Below, piece by piece: positions 7,755 to 19,167 of a stretch of 32,000 bases of DNA. Positions within the stretch are counted from its first letter, which is position 1. Every line of letters starts with the position of its first letter. The notes under the pieces were generated by a model. The model was not told where the DNA came from. It saw only the letters and a program-made list of their open reading frames with translations, and did not search any database. Both the position numbers and the translations under genes were made by a program. The DNA comes from Megasphaera elsdenii DSM 20460 (GTDB taxonomy: Bacteria; Bacillota; Negativicutes; Veillonellales; Megasphaeraceae). The stretch covers positions 360,001 through 392,000 of the forward strand of contig NZ_CP027570.1 in NCBI RefSeq assembly GCF_003010495.1, read 5' to 3'.

Positions 7755-8728
7755 CAGACCACTCCCTGCCGCAGCAAATCGGTAATATGGATCATGCCGA
7801 CAACTTTATCGTCCTTGTCGACGACGGGCAGTACCGTAATCGGACGGGGCTGGTTCTTTTCCATGATGTGCAGGGCTTCCGTCGCAAGTTTATGGTTGGC
7901 AATGACCCGCGGGTTCTTGGTCATCATGGCATCGACAGGCCACTGGAGGAAATTGGAGCCCGTTTCCAGGCCGCGGCGGACGTCGCCGTCAGTGACCAGG
8001 CCGACGAGCTTACCGTCTTCATCGACGACAGATACGGCACCCAGGCCTTTTTCCGTCATGAGGAAGAGGGCATCCTGGACGATGCTGTCTTCGCTGACGA
8101 CAGGATTATCCTGGCCTTTATGCATGACATCGTCGACGGTGAGCAGGAGCTTCTTGCCCAAGGCTCCGCCGGGATGGAAGATGCCGAACTGTTCCTTCGT
8201 GAAATGATGCTGCGTCAAGAGGACCACTGCCAGGGCATCACCCAAGGCCAGGGCAGCCGTCGTACTCGTCGTCGGAGCCAGTCCCAGCGGGCAGGCTTCT
8301 TTTTCTACGGATGCGTCGAGGATGATGTCGGCGTGCTTGGCCAGCGTCGAATTGTGGTTGCCGACGACGGTGATGAGTTTGGCACCGATACGCTTGAGCG
8401 ACGGCAGGATGTTGAGGATTTCTACGGTTTCCCCGCTGTTCGAAAAGGCCAGTACGACATCATCGGACGTGACCATGCCCAAGTCGCCGTGGATGGCTTC
8501 GGCCGGATGGAGGAAAATAGACGGCGTCCCCGTACTGGACAGCGTCGCCGATACTTTGCGGGCAATGTGGCCGGATTTCCCCATGCCCGTGACGATGACC
8601 CGGCCCTTCGATTTCATAATCATGTTGACGGCATTGACGAAATTTTGATTGAGCGTAGGAATCAACTTTTCAATGCCTTGTGCTTCCTGATGGAGCACGT
8701 CTTTTGCTTCTTCTAAAATATCCATCAT
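7754..8728 (-). CDS. kdsD: arabinose-5-phosphate isomerase KdsD/KpsF (SIS domain plus CBS pair)
   Basis: 324 aa. SIS motif VTGMGKSGHIARKVSATLSSTGTPS. C-terminal tandem CBS-like segments. AAGGAG 8 nt upstream of the ATG. Confidence 0.92.
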   Translation of the reverse strand: MMDILEEAKDVLHQEAQGIEKLIPTLNQNFVNAVNMIMKSKGRVIVTGMGKSGHIARKVSATLSSTGTPSIFLHPAEAIHGDLGMVTSDDVVLAFSNSGETVEILNILPSLKRIGAKLITVVGNHNSTLAKHADIILDASVEKEACPLGLAPTTSTTAALALGDALAVVLLTQHHFTKEQFGIFHPGGALGKKLLLTVDDVMHKGQDNPVVSEDSIVQDALFLMTEKGLGAVSVVDEDGKLVGLVTDGDVRRGLETGSNFLQWPVDAMMTKNPRVIANHKLATEALHIMEKNQPRPITVLPVVDKDDKVVGMIHITDLLRQGVV

Positions 8729-8753
8729 GATTTCGTCTCCTTCTTGCCCGTGC

Positions 8754-9599
8754 TTATTTATCCGTGCTTACGCTTCGCTGGGCGATTTCGTTGATGGCTG
8801 CCATATCGCGGAGGACGCCTTCGACCTGCGATAAGTACAGCATGTTCGGCCCATCGCTGAGGGCTTCGGCCGGGTTATCGTGGACTTCCATGAAAACGCC
8901 GTCGATACCGGCGCCAGCAGCGGCCCGTGCCAGGTTGCCGACGAACTGGCGCTGGCCGGCCGATTTCGTGCCGGCTCCGCCGGGCAGCTGGACGCTGTGG
9001 GTCGCATCGAAGACGACGGGATAGCCGAAGCTTCGCATGATCGGGAAGGACCGCATGTCGACGACCAGGTTGTGATAACCCAGGTTGATGCCCCGTTCGG
9101 TGAGCATGATGTTTTCATTGCCGGCGTGTTCGATCTTGGCGACGACGTTCTTCATGTCTTCCGGTGCCAGGAACTGGCCTTTCTTGACGTTGACGCATTT
9201 CCCCGTAGCCGCAGCGGCTTCTAATAAATCGGTCTGGCGGCAGAGGAAGGCCGGGATCTGGATGACGTCCAGGACTTCCGCAGCCGCTTCGGCCTGGCAG
9301 GTTTCGTGGATATCGCTGACGACGGGGACCTGGAGTTCTTTCTTGATATCGGCCAGGATGCGCAGTCCTTCTGTCAGGCCCGGTCCGCGGTACGACGTAT
9401 AGGACGAGCGGTTCGCCTTATCAAAAGAAGCCTTGAAGATATAGGTCAGGCCCAATTTTTCGCAGATAGCCTTCATGGCCTTGCCAATGGCCAGGGTCCG
9501 TTCCGGGTCTTCGATGACGCACGGGCCGGCCATGACGAAAAGCTTGCCATCGCCGCCGACGGTCTGGCTGCCAACCTGAATTTGTTTCACTTTTTCCAT
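8754..9599 (-). CDS. kdsA: 2-dehydro-3-deoxyphosphooctonate aldolase (Kdo8P synthase) KdsA
   Basis: 281 aa. DAHP/Kdo8P synthase family sequence (..[19 protein letters not shown]..; ..[13 protein letters not shown]..; ..[12 protein letters not shown]..). Confidence 0.95.
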   Translation of the reverse strand: MEKVKQIQVGSQTVGGDGKLFVMAGPCVIEDPERTLAIGKAMKAICEKLGLTYIFKASFDKANRSSYTSYRGPGLTEGLRILADIKKELQVPVVSDIHETCQAEAAAEVLDVIQIPAFLCRQTDLLEAAAATGKCVNVKKGQFLAPEDMKNVVAKIEHAGNENIMLTERGINLGYHNLVVDMRSFPIMRSFGYPVVFDATHSVQLPGGAGTKSAGQRQFVGNLARAAAGAGIDGVFMEVHDNPAEALSDGPNMLYLSQVEGVLRDMAAINEIAQRSVSTDK

Positions 9600-9602
9600 A
9601 GT

Positions 9603-10352
9603 CTATTCCCCTTTATGAGCAGATTCGGCAAAATAACGGCGGATGTGTTCCAGGTCATCCGGCGTATCGATACCGATGAATTGGTGATGAGTCTTTATTA
9701 CTTTTATCTTATAACCATTTTCGAGAACCCGCAACTGTTCCAGGGACTCGACTTTTTCTGCCGGCGTCTGTTCCATGGCCGCGTACTGCAGGAGGAAGTC
9801 CCGGCGATAGGCATAGATACCGATGTGCTTATAGGGCTGAATTCCCCCTTCTTCAAAGGAGTGGCGCGGGTACGGGATGAGGGAGCGCGAAAAATACATG
9901 GCTTCATCCTTCTGGTTGAGGACGACTTTGACGGCACTCGGGTCGTCGTATTCGTCTTCCTGCAAAGGCGCAGCGACGGTAGCCATGGTCAGGTCCGGTT
10001 CCGCTTCAAAGGCCCGGCACAAGTCGTCGATGACGTCCGGCGCGATGAGCGGTTCGTCGCCCTGGACATTGACGATGACGTCGGCATCGGGAAAATGACC
10101 GACCGCTTCGGCCAGGCGGTCCGTACCATTGGCGTGGTCTTCCCGGGTCATGACGGCATGGCCGCCGAAGGTGACGACCGTGTCATAGACTTTCGGATTG
10201 TCTACGGCAACGACGACAGACGTCAGTTTCGAGGCCTTGGCAGCCTGTTCGTAGACGCGCTGTACCATGGGCTTGCCGGCAATATCGCACAGTGGTTTGC
10301 CCGGCAGGCGCGTCGATGCATAGCGCGATGGGATGATGCATACAAATTTCAT
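9603..10352 (-). CDS. kdsB: 3-deoxy-manno-octulosonate cytidylyltransferase KdsB
   Basis: 249 aa. N-terminus MKFVCIIPSRYASTRLPGKPL and NVQGDEPLI motif. ATGA overlap with the lpxK stop. Confidence 0.95.
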   Translation of the reverse strand: MKFVCIIPSRYASTRLPGKPLCDIAGKPMVQRVYEQAAKASKLTSVVVAVDNPKVYDTVVTFGGHAVMTREDHANGTDRLAEAVGHFPDADVIVNVQGDEPLIAPDVIDDLCRAFEAEPDLTMATVAAPLQEDEYDDPSAVKVVLNQKDEAMYFSRSLIPYPRHSFEEGGIQPYKHIGIYAYRRDFLLQYAAMEQTPAEKVESLEQLRVLENGYKIKVIKTHHQFIGIDTPDDLEHIRRYFAESAHKGE

Positions 10353-11494
10353 AGTTTATCCTCCAATACTGCTTGCAGAATCGTATCTATTGTCTCCTGT
10401 CCTTCTACGATTTCAATGGTGATACTCAAAACGTACAGTGGCAGGTCGTATTCATGGATGAGGGATGCCGGCAGCTTGACGGCATCTTTTTCCGTCGTCA
10501 CCAGGGGGCAGCCGGCAGCCGCCGCCTGGTCAGCCATCTGACGGATATCGTCGCGGCTGTACTGGTGATGGTCTTCATAGCGGATGGCACCGGTGACGGT
10601 AAAACCGGCATCGCTCAAAGTCCGTTCAAAGGAGGCCGGATTGCCCAAGGCCGATACGGCCAGGACCGGCTGCCCGTCGGGCCGTAACTCTCCGGCGCCA
10701 TCGCTCCGGCCTTCGTGCCAGGCGGCAAAGGACAGGCAGCGCGACGGCTTGTGGATGGCCATGGCCACCGGCGCTTGCCGGTTGTACTGCCGCAGCTGAC
10801 GGACAATGGCATCCGCCCGGTCCTGGGAAATCTGGTCCCTTTTCGTAATGATGAAGGCGCCGGCCCGTGCCAGCTGTTCCAGCGGTTCCCGCAGGATTCC
10901 CCGCGGCAGGACGTGGCCGTTGCCGAACGGATTGGTTCCGTCGACGAGGACGATGTCCAAGTCCCGGTACAGCTGCCAGTGCTGGAAGCCGTCGTCGAGG
11001 AGGAGGACCTGCGTCCCGAAGCGTTCGACAGCCAGACGGCCGCCGGCGGCCCGATGGCGGCCGACGAGGACGGGAACACCTGGCAGGCTGCGGGCCATAA
11101 GGCAGGCTTCATCGCCGCCTTCTTCAGCCGTCAGCAGGACGTGCTGCCCGTCGGACATGACGGCAGCCCCGCCCTGTTCCCGCTGGGAGCGGTAGCCCCG
11201 GTTGAGCAGGGCTACGCGCCAGCCCTGGGCCTGCAGGCGCCGGGCCAGCATACACGCTGTCGGCGTCTTACCCGTACCGCCGACAGTGATATTGCCCAGG
11301 CTGATGACGACGGCCGGCACGTGTTCCTGCCGTTCCGGATGAGAAGCGATGGAATGATACTTGGCCAGGACGCCTTTCCGATACAGCCAGGACGCCCCGC
11401 TCAGCAGGGCCAGGGCCGGACAGTCCCAGCAGCGATGCGGACCGCTGCCGGTGAGGTAATGGAAATAGGCCGTTGCCCAGTTGCGAAAAGACAT
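10349..11494 (-). CDS. lpxK: tetraacyldisaccharide 4'-kinase LpxK
   Basis: P-loop GNITVGGTGKTP and a C-terminal ..VTTEKDAVKL.. motif. Start moved to the ATG at 11492-11494 (381 aa), which has GGGAGGTGA upstream and lies 4 nt after the waaA stop. The track ORF start at 11521 would overlap waaA by 23 nt. Confidence 0.88.
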   Translation of the reverse strand: MSFRNWATAYFHYLTGSGPHRCWDCPALALLSGASWLYRKGVLAKYHSIASHPERQEHVPAVVISLGNITVGGTGKTPTACMLARRLQAQGWRVALLNRGYRSQREQGGAAVMSDGQHVLLTAEEGGDEACLMARSLPGVPVLVGRHRAAGGRLAVERFGTQVLLLDDGFQHWQLYRDLDIVLVDGTNPFGNGHVLPRGILREPLEQLARAGAFIITKRDQISQDRADAIVRQLRQYNRQAPVAMAIHKPSRCLSFAAWHEGRSDGAGELRPDGQPVLAVSALGNPASFERTLSDAGFTVTGAIRYEDHHQYSRDDIRQMADQAAAAGCPLVTTEKDAVKLPASLIHEYDLPLYVLSITIEIVEGQETIDTILQAVLEDKL

Positions 11495-11498
11495 GGCC

Positions 11499-12836
11499 TC
11501 ACCTCCCGCCGTGGACAGCATCGAGCATCTGCTGCAGCTGTTCCAGGTTCTTCCGCGTCGCCCCCTGGTTTTCCTGGACGACTTCGATACAGCTGCGTTT
11601 CATGGCTTCGGCCCGGTCCGGATGGATGAGGATATCCAGGCAGGTGTCGATAAATTCCTTTTCATTCTTGACCATGACGCAGGCGCCGCGGCTGCTGAGG
11701 AGATCGAAGATTTCAACGAAGTTGAACATATTGGGACCGACGACGATGGGCTTGCCATGAGCTGCCGGTTCCAGGATATTATGGCCGCCTATATGGGCCA
11801 AGCTGCCGCCGACAAAGATGAGGTCGCCCAGGCTGTAGACGCGGCCCAATTCGCCGATCGTATCGAGGATGACGCCGTCATAGTCGGCTTTGACCGGTTT
11901 CCCGGCCTTCATATCGCTGCGCTTGACCATGGTGACGCCATGCTTCAGCCCTTCGTCGGCGATGAGGTCGGCCTGGTAGATATAGCGCGGCGCGATGATC
12001 AATTTAGCGTCCGGGAAATGGTCCCGTATCTTGACGAAGGCCTTGTAGACCGAACCGTTCTCCCCTCTATGGGTGCTGCCGGCGATCATGATGGGGTACG
12101 TCCCTTCGGCAAAGCCCAGTTCATGGAGGAAGCGCTTCTTTTCTTCTTCCGTGACGATGCCGTAGGTCTGGTCGTACTTGGTGTTGCCCGTAACAATGAC
12201 CTTATTGGGGTCGGCGCCGATGTCGATGATATACTGGGCGTCGATGCGGCTCTGCATGCAGAACATGCGGATTGTCGACAAGACGCGGCGCGTAAAGAAG
12301 GTGATCATCCGGTAGCGGACGGCACTGCGCTGGCTGATGCGGCCGTTCATCATCATGACCGGGATGTGCTTGTCGGCAGCGATGCGCAGGAAATTCGGCC
12401 AGATTTCCGTTTCGACGAGGACGATGGCCTGGGGATTGACGATGGTCAGGATGCGGTTGGTCAGATAAGGCAGGTCCAGCGGGAAATAGAGGATCCCATC
12501 GGCGCCTTTGATGATCTGATGGGCCATGCGGAAACCCGTCGCCGTGACGACAGAGACGATGATGACTTCGTCGGGATGAGTCTTGCGCATTTCCCGCACA
12601 ATCGGGCTGGCCGCGACGATTTCCCCGACCGACGCGGCATGGACCCAGATGGCATGGCGATTGGATATTTTATCTTTTAATTCTTCCGGCAAAAAGCCGA
12701 TACTCTGTTTGATGCGCTGATAAAATCCTTCTTCCCGGATGAGCCGGTAAATGAGCATGGGAATGAGTGTCGCCCAGTAAATGAGGAGCAGGATATTATA
12801 CAGCCAGTACATAGGATGGGATTTTAGATTTTTCAT
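11499..12836 (-). CDS. waaA: 3-deoxy-D-manno-octulosonic acid transferase WaaA (KdtA)
   Basis: 445 aa from the ATG at 12834-12836; the track start is a GTG one codon upstream. N-terminal membrane helix, IWVHAASVGE motif, C-terminal GT-B fold region. Confidence 0.9.
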   Translation of the reverse strand: MKNLKSHPMYWLYNILLLIYWATLIPMLIYRLIREEGFYQRIKQSIGFLPEELKDKISNRHAIWVHAASVGEIVAASPIVREMRKTHPDEVIIVSVVTATGFRMAHQIIKGADGILYFPLDLPYLTNRILTIVNPQAIVLVETEIWPNFLRIAADKHIPVMMMNGRISQRSAVRYRMITFFTRRVLSTIRMFCMQSRIDAQYIIDIGADPNKVIVTGNTKYDQTYGIVTEEEKKRFLHELGFAEGTYPIMIAGSTHRGENGSVYKAFVKIRDHFPDAKLIIAPRYIYQADLIADEGLKHGVTMVKRSDMKAGKPVKADYDGVILDTIGELGRVYSLGDLIFVGGSLAHIGGHNILEPAAHGKPIVVGPNMFNFVEIFDLLSSRGACVMVKNEKEFIDTCLDILIHPDRAEAMKRSCIEVVQENQGATRKNLEQLQQMLDAVHGGR

Positions 12837-12842
12837 CACGAA

Positions 12843-14592
<1,750 letters not shown>

Positions 14593-14609
<17 letters not shown>

Positions 14610-15747
14610 GGGCACCTCTTTCTCTTGCAAAATCTAAGATAGCCTGGGCCGTCCGCTGGACAGCACCGGGTTCCCCCATCGTGCGGCGGACAGCCGCCAG
14701 GGATTCGTGCAAAGCTTCACGGCGCGCTTTATCGGTGATCATGGGCACCATGGCGGCGGCGATATTCCCGGGCGTCACCTCGTCCTGCCACAATTCAGGG
14801 ATGACCCGATGGCCCATGATGATGTTGGGCAGGCCGATGCTGTCGATATGGACCAGGACCTTCGACAGCCAGTAGGTCAGGCGGTTGACGCGGTAAACCA
14901 GGAGCGTCGGAAGCCCCATGAGGGCCGTTTCCAGCGTCGCCGTCCCGGAAGCCGCTATGGCCGCCGTACTGAGGTTCATCATATCGTACACCCGGTCTTC
15001 GCCGATGGTGACATCGATTCCCGAAGGCTTGATCAATTCGTCCAGCAGAACCTCGTCAATAGTTGAGGCCCGCGGCAGGATGAACTGGACGTCGCCAGCT
15101 TCCTGGCGGATGAGTTTGGCCGCTTCCAGCATACACGGCAGGAGGCCGCGCACTTCCTGGACCCGGCTGCCCGGCATGAGAAGGACCGTCTTTTTCCGCT
15201 CGTCCAGGCCAAAATAGGCACAAGCTTCGCGGCGGCTCATGGTCGCATGGACCGTATCGACCAGGGGATGGCCGGTATAGATGACATTCGTCCCCATGTC
15301 TTCATACATCTTGGCTTCAAACGGAAACAGGGAAATAGCTAAATCCGTATACTTGGCAATGGTCTTCCCGCGGCTCTTGTGCCAGGCCCAGATAGTCGGC
15401 AGGATATAATAGACGACGGGTATGCCCGCCGCTTTGGCCACTTTGATGAGGCGCATATTGAAGCCAGGATAGTCGATACAGACCAGGACGTCCGGCTTTT
15501 CCCTGCGCATCGTCTCGACGAGGAAATCGCGAAGGCGGAAGAAGAAAGGAATCTTGCGAAGGATTTCCCCGACGCCGATGACGCCTAAGTTCTTGATATC
15601 GTAGACGATGTCGACGCCGGCCGTTTCCATTTCCTTACCGCCCATACCGAGCAGTTCGACCTGCGGATCGAGTTCCCGCAAAGCCCGGGCCAGGTTGGCG
15701 CCATGGAGGTCGCCCGATGCCTCACCGGCAGAAAACATGATTTTCAT
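14593..15747 (-). CDS. lpxB: lipid-A-disaccharide synthase LpxB
   Basis: 384 aa. N-terminus MKIMFSAGEASGDLHGANLARAL is diagnostic of LpxB. TAGGAGAG SD overlaps the lpxI stop. Confidence 0.92.
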
Positions 15748-15755
15748 AGGCTCTC

Positions 15756-16571
15756 CTAAAAATTCTTATCGACGGCACAGATGCAGATATTGTGGCGGTT
15801 GGCCAGATCCAGGACTTCGTCCTGTTCGACGAAGAGCGTCCGGCCGGCTTCCATGGCCAGGACATTGCACTTACTTTCAATCATGGACAGGATGGTCTGC
15901 TTGCCTACGGCAGGCACATCGAAACGCGGGTCCTGATTGGGTTTGGCCACTTTGACGACGACGGACTTTTCCCGTCCCAGGGCGCCGCCGCGGCGGATGC
16001 AGGCGTCCGTCCCTTCGATGGCTTCGACAGCCATGACGGCCTTGTGCTTGACGACGACGGTCTGGCCGATGTCCATGCCGCCCATGGCCTTGGCCGTGAC
16101 GAAGCCGAAGCGGATATCGTCTTCTTCATCGGCCGTCGGTTTACGGCGCGACAAGACGCCGCAAGCCGGCATGAGGGGCTTCAGGTACAAGGTCTGGTCG
16201 ACGACTTCCAGACCATCCTTGGCCAGTTCTTCGACGATGGCCAGCATGATCGTATCGTCCTTGCGGTTGCGCAGTTTCGCCAACAGCTTGATGGCCCGCC
16301 AATCTGGGAACTTCAAGCCCTTGAAGAGGATTTCCTTGGTGACTTTGCCAATCATGGTGACTTTGGCGACGCCATTCTTCTTGAGGGTCTTGATGACTTT
16401 GTCCAATTTGGCGACATTGATTTCATAATAAGCATCTGCTTCGGCAGCCAGTTCCGGCTCTACGCCATCGACGACGGCGATGACGATGACCTCGTGGCCC
16501 AGCTGCTTGGCAGCGCGCATAAATTCTACAGGTAGTTTGCCGACACCGGCAAGCAATCCTACTTTTTCCAT
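15756..16571 (-). CDS. lpxI: UDP-2,3-diacylglucosamine diphosphatase LpxI (DUF1009 family)
   Basis: 271 aa from the ATG at 16569-16571, which has AAGGA 8 nt upstream. The first ATG at 16580 abuts the SD. It has a GLLAGVGKLP N-terminus and a C-terminal ..AIEGTDACIRRGG.. motif. It lies between lpxA and lpxB, as LpxI genes do. Confidence 0.82.
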   Translation of the reverse strand: MEKVGLLAGVGKLPVEFMRAAKQLGHEVIVIAVVDGVEPELAAEADAYYEINVAKLDKVIKTLKKNGVAKVTMIGKVTKEILFKGLKFPDWRAIKLLAKLRNRKDDTIMLAIVEELAKDGLEVVDQTLYLKPLMPACGVLSRRKPTADEEDDIRFGFVTAKAMGGMDIGQTVVVKHKAVMAVEAIEGTDACIRRGGALGREKSVVVKVAKPNQDPRFDVPAVGKQTILSMIESKCNVLAMEAGRTLFVEQDEVLDLANRHNICICAVDKNF

Positions 16572-16612
16572 AGCAATCATCCTTATTCATAAAGAGAAAT
16601 ATTCATCTTTAT

Positions 16613-16642
16613 ATTATAACAAAAAAACAGGCTCCCTGTCAG
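16613..16642 (-). promoter_or_regulatory. putative sigma-70 promoter (extended -10) for the lpxI..lptF/G operon
   Basis: On the minus strand: CTGACA (16637-16642), 18-nt spacer, TGT TATAAT (TATAAT at 16613-16618). It follows the hairpin at 16644-16680 directly. Confidence 0.5.
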
Positions 16643-16643
16643 C

Positions 16644-16680
16644 AAAAAAAGGGGCCATCGCAGACGCGACACCCCTTTTT
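16644..16680 (-). terminator. terminator-like hairpin between lpxA and lpxI (diverged member of the conserved-apex family)
   Basis: Minus strand: AAAAAGGGGTGTCGCGTCTGCGATGGCCCCTTTTTTT. Outer stem GGGG/CCCC, inner stem TCGC/GCGA, a T7 tract on the minus strand and a T5 tract on the plus strand. Confidence 0.5.
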
Positions 16681-16700
16681 AGCCACTAGCGGCTGCCTAA
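16680..16700. repeat. short heptamer run TAGCCAC TAGCGGC TGCCTAA overlapping the lpxA stop
   Basis: Three 7-nt units. The TAGCCAC word recurs at 23730-23736 and 25526-25532, in each case between a stop codon and a terminator hairpin. Confidence 0.45.
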
Positions 16701-17509
16701 TCTTTCGTCCCTCTGCAGATACCGCGGTCGGCATTGCGGAGGAAGCGTAGAAAATGTTCTACTTCTTCATAGCTGTCCAGTTCCTGTTCCATTTCGGCAA
16801 TAGCCTGGCGCAGGTTGAGGCCGGAACGGTACAAGATGCGGAAGGCCTTCTTCAGTTCCCGGCGTACTTCTTCCGGGATACCTGCCCGCGAAAGGCCGAC
16901 GCTGTTCAAGCCGATGCAGCGGGCGGGCTGGCCGTCGGCGATGACGAAAGGCGGAATATCCTGGACGACTTTCGCCAGGCCGCCGATCATGCTGTTGCGG
17001 CCGATTTTGACGAACTGATGGACGCCGGCAATGCCGCCGATGACGACGCGGTCTTCGACGGTGACATGGCCGGCCAGGCCGGCGCAGTTGCTCATGATAA
17101 CGTGGTTACCGACGACGCAGTTATGAGCTACATGCGTGCAGGCCTGGAAGAGGCAGTCGTTGCCGATGCGCGTTTCTTCCCCTTCGCCAGTCGCCGTGCT
17201 GACCGTGACGAATTCCCGGAACACCGAACGGTCGCCGATGATCAGGTAACTCTTTTCGCCGTGATATTTCAGATCCTGCGGTTCCGAACCAATGGAACAG
17301 CTGGGGAAAAACCGGCAGTTCTTGCCGATTGTCGTCCAGCCGTCGATAGTAACGTGGGCCATGATTTCTGTTCCGTCACCAATGGTAACGTGGGGCCCGA
17401 TAACGGCATACGGCCCGATTTTGACACCGGCACCGATTTTTGCCTGCGGGTCTATAATAGCCGTCGGATGTATCATGCTCTGAGGCATGTTATTCGTTTC
17501 CTCGGTCAT
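16697..17509 (-). CDS. lpxA: acyl-ACP--UDP-N-acetylglucosamine O-acyltransferase LpxA
   Basis: Left-handed beta-helix hexapeptide repeats and MIHPTAIIDPQAKIG. Start moved to the ATG at 17507-17509 (270 aa), with GAGGAGTG 6 nt upstream. The track start is a GTG 3 codons upstream. Still shorter starts (MPQS.., MIHP..) cannot be excluded. Confidence 0.92.
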   Translation of the reverse strand: MTEETNNMPQSMIHPTAIIDPQAKIGAGVKIGPYAVIGPHVTIGDGTEIMAHVTIDGWTTIGKNCRFFPSCSIGSEPQDLKYHGEKSYLIIGDRSVFREFVTVSTATGEGEETRIGNDCLFQACTHVAHNCVVGNHVIMSNCAGLAGHVTVEDRVVIGGIAGVHQFVKIGRNSMIGGLAKVVQDIPPFVIADGQPARCIGLNSVGLSRAGIPEEVRRELKKAFRILYRSGLNLRQAIAEMEQELDSYEEVEHFLRFLRNADRGICRGTKD

Positions 17510-17709
17510 TAAAGTCACTCCTCGCTTCCCTGCCTCACTGGCAGGCGCTTATTTTCAACACAAACTATATAGGTTATACTCACAGAAATAGCGTCCGGTT
17601 TTGCCGGGCAAAATCAGGCTTTTTCCCGCTAATTTCCACTTCATGCTCACAAATGCGCCCATTTAAGGCTTTATTTAACACAAAGCAAAATTTTTAAACT
17701 TTTTTAAAA

Positions 17710-18156
17710 TTATTTCTTCGGGTTCTGGCCCGGCATGAGGGCAAAGAGATATTCCCCTTCGGCACAGAGCGTATCGCCGACGTGGCACTGGGCCTTGACC
17801 TTGCCCATACGGCCTTTGATTTTTTCGATGTCGGCCCGCATGACCAGCTGGTCGCCGGGGATGACGGGATGGCGGAAGCGGAGTTTGTCGATGCCCGTGA
17901 AGAACGGGATGAGGCCGCGGTTTTCTTCCGGATAGAGCAGGGCTACGCCGCCGACCTGAGCCATGGCTTCGGCGATGAGGACGCCGGGCATGACCGGTTT
18001 ACCCGGGAAATGGCCCTGGAAAAATTGTTCATCAAAGGTCGCATTCTTGATGCCGATGGCATACTTCATCGGTTCCAATTCGATGATGCGATCGACGAGC
18101 AGCATGGGATAGCGATGCGGCAAAATTTCCATAATATCAGTTACTTCCAAAGTCAT
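17710..18156 (-). CDS. fabZ: 3-hydroxyacyl-ACP dehydratase FabZ
   Basis: 148 aa, hotdog fold. Motifs [12 protein letters not shown] and [24 protein letters not shown] 6 nt upstream of the ATG. Confidence 0.95.
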   Translation of the reverse strand: MTLEVTDIMEILPHRYPMLLVDRIIELEPMKYAIGIKNATFDEQFFQGHFPGKPVMPGVLIAEAMAQVGGVALLYPEENRGLIPFFTGIDKLRFRHPVIPGDQLVMRADIEKIKGRMGKVKAQCHVGDTLCAEGEYLFALMPGQNPKK

Positions 18157-18173
18157 GAGAATTCCTCCTTAGA

Positions 18174-19007
18174 TCACTGCAGTTCTTGAAAAATTTTATG
18201 GGTCAGCAGGTTGTTCAGTTTGTGGCTTGATTTGACGGCAATGATGTGTCCCCGCACGGGCCGTCCGAGCATGGCCAGGTCTCCGATGATATCGAGGACC
18301 TTATGGCGGACCAGTTCATCGTCGCTGCGGGGCACGGATAAGCACGACGTCTTATCATAGACGACGACATTTTCGATGGTGCCGCCCTTGCCCAGGCCTA
18401 ATTTCTTGAGCATTTCCAATTCTTCCGTAAAGGCGATGGTACGGGCAAAGGCGATGTCCCGGACATAGGATTCCTGGGTGATGGTCGTATCCAAGAACTG
18501 TACGCCCAGCAGGGGATGCGGGTTAATCGATGTAAAGGTGATGCGGAAACCGTCATAGGGCACGATGGCAATGAATTTATCGTCTTCCTGGACGAGATGC
18601 TGTCTTTGGACGACCAGCGGTCGGCGCGGTGCCTCGAGGTCACGGATCCCGGCTTCTTTGATGAGCTTGACAAAGGTCAGGCTGCTGCCATCGGCGACAG
18701 GCGGTTCGACAGAATCCATTTCGACGAAGCAGTTGTCCACTTCCATACCGCTCAAAGCGGACAGCAGGTGTTCTACCGTGAAGACCTTGGCCTCCCCTTT
18801 TTCCAGCGTCGTCGCCCGCATTGTATTGGTTACATTCGTGAGATGGGCTTGTACAGACGGTCTTCCGGGCAAGTCCGTCCGGATAAAGACGATGCCTGTA
18901 TCAGCCGGAGCCGGGCGCAATACCATATGGACTTCATTCGCAGCATGCAGGCCGATACCGTTATACGAAACATCATGAGCCAGCGTCGTTTGTGCGACAA
19001 TTGACAT
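18174..19007 (-). CDS. lpxC: UDP-3-O-acyl-N-acetylglucosamine deacetylase LpxC
   Basis: 277 aa. LpxC-type sequence (..GIGLHAANEVHMVLRPAPADTGIVF.., ..TVEHLLSAL.., ..HKVLDIIGDL..). GGAAAGGAGGGG 7 nt upstream of the ATG. Confidence 0.95.
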   Translation of the reverse strand: MSIVAQTTLAHDVSYNGIGLHAANEVHMVLRPAPADTGIVFIRTDLPGRPSVQAHLTNVTNTMRATTLEKGEAKVFTVEHLLSALSGMEVDNCFVEMDSVEPPVADGSSLTFVKLIKEAGIRDLEAPRRPLVVQRQHLVQEDDKFIAIVPYDGFRITFTSINPHPLLGVQFLDTTITQESYVRDIAFARTIAFTEELEMLKKLGLGKGGTIENVVVYDKTSCLSVPRSDDELVRHKVLDIIGDLAMLGRPVRGHIIAVKSSHKLNNLLTHKIFQELQ

Positions 19008-19064
19008 AGGCAGGCCCCTCCTTTCCTGTTACGAGTAAATAGTTGATTTTTTTCATACTTTTTT

Positions 19065-19094
19065 ATTATACCTTATTTATAGCATGTATGACAA
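19065..19094 (-). promoter_or_regulatory. putative sigma-70 promoter of lpxC-fabZ
   Basis: On the minus strand: TTGTCA (19089-19094), 18-nt spacer, TATAAT (19065-19070). It lies about 58 nt upstream of the lpxC ATG. Confidence 0.55.
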
Positions 19095-19101
19095 GGGAAT
19101 T

Positions 19102-19157
19102 GTTCGTGGTTTCGGCCTACGGCCTAGTGGCTCGTAGTTCGTAGCTCGTAGTTCGTG
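19102..19157. repeat. degenerate heptamer tandem array (8 units)
   Basis: GTTCGTG GTTTCGG CCTACGG CCTAGTG GCTCGTA GTTCGTA GCTCGTA GTTCGTG. First and last units are identical. The array lies 8 nt upstream of the lpxC -35 box. Confidence 0.75.
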
Positions 19158-19167
19158 GCAAATCATG

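Noticed and set aside
17519-17709. 35-codon ORF (MGAFVSMKWKLAGKSLILPGKTGRYFCEYNLYSLC) in the fabZ-lpxA spacer.
   Set aside because: It has no SD-like sequence upstream of its ATG and overlaps the candidate promoter and hairpin elements. Nothing supports translation.
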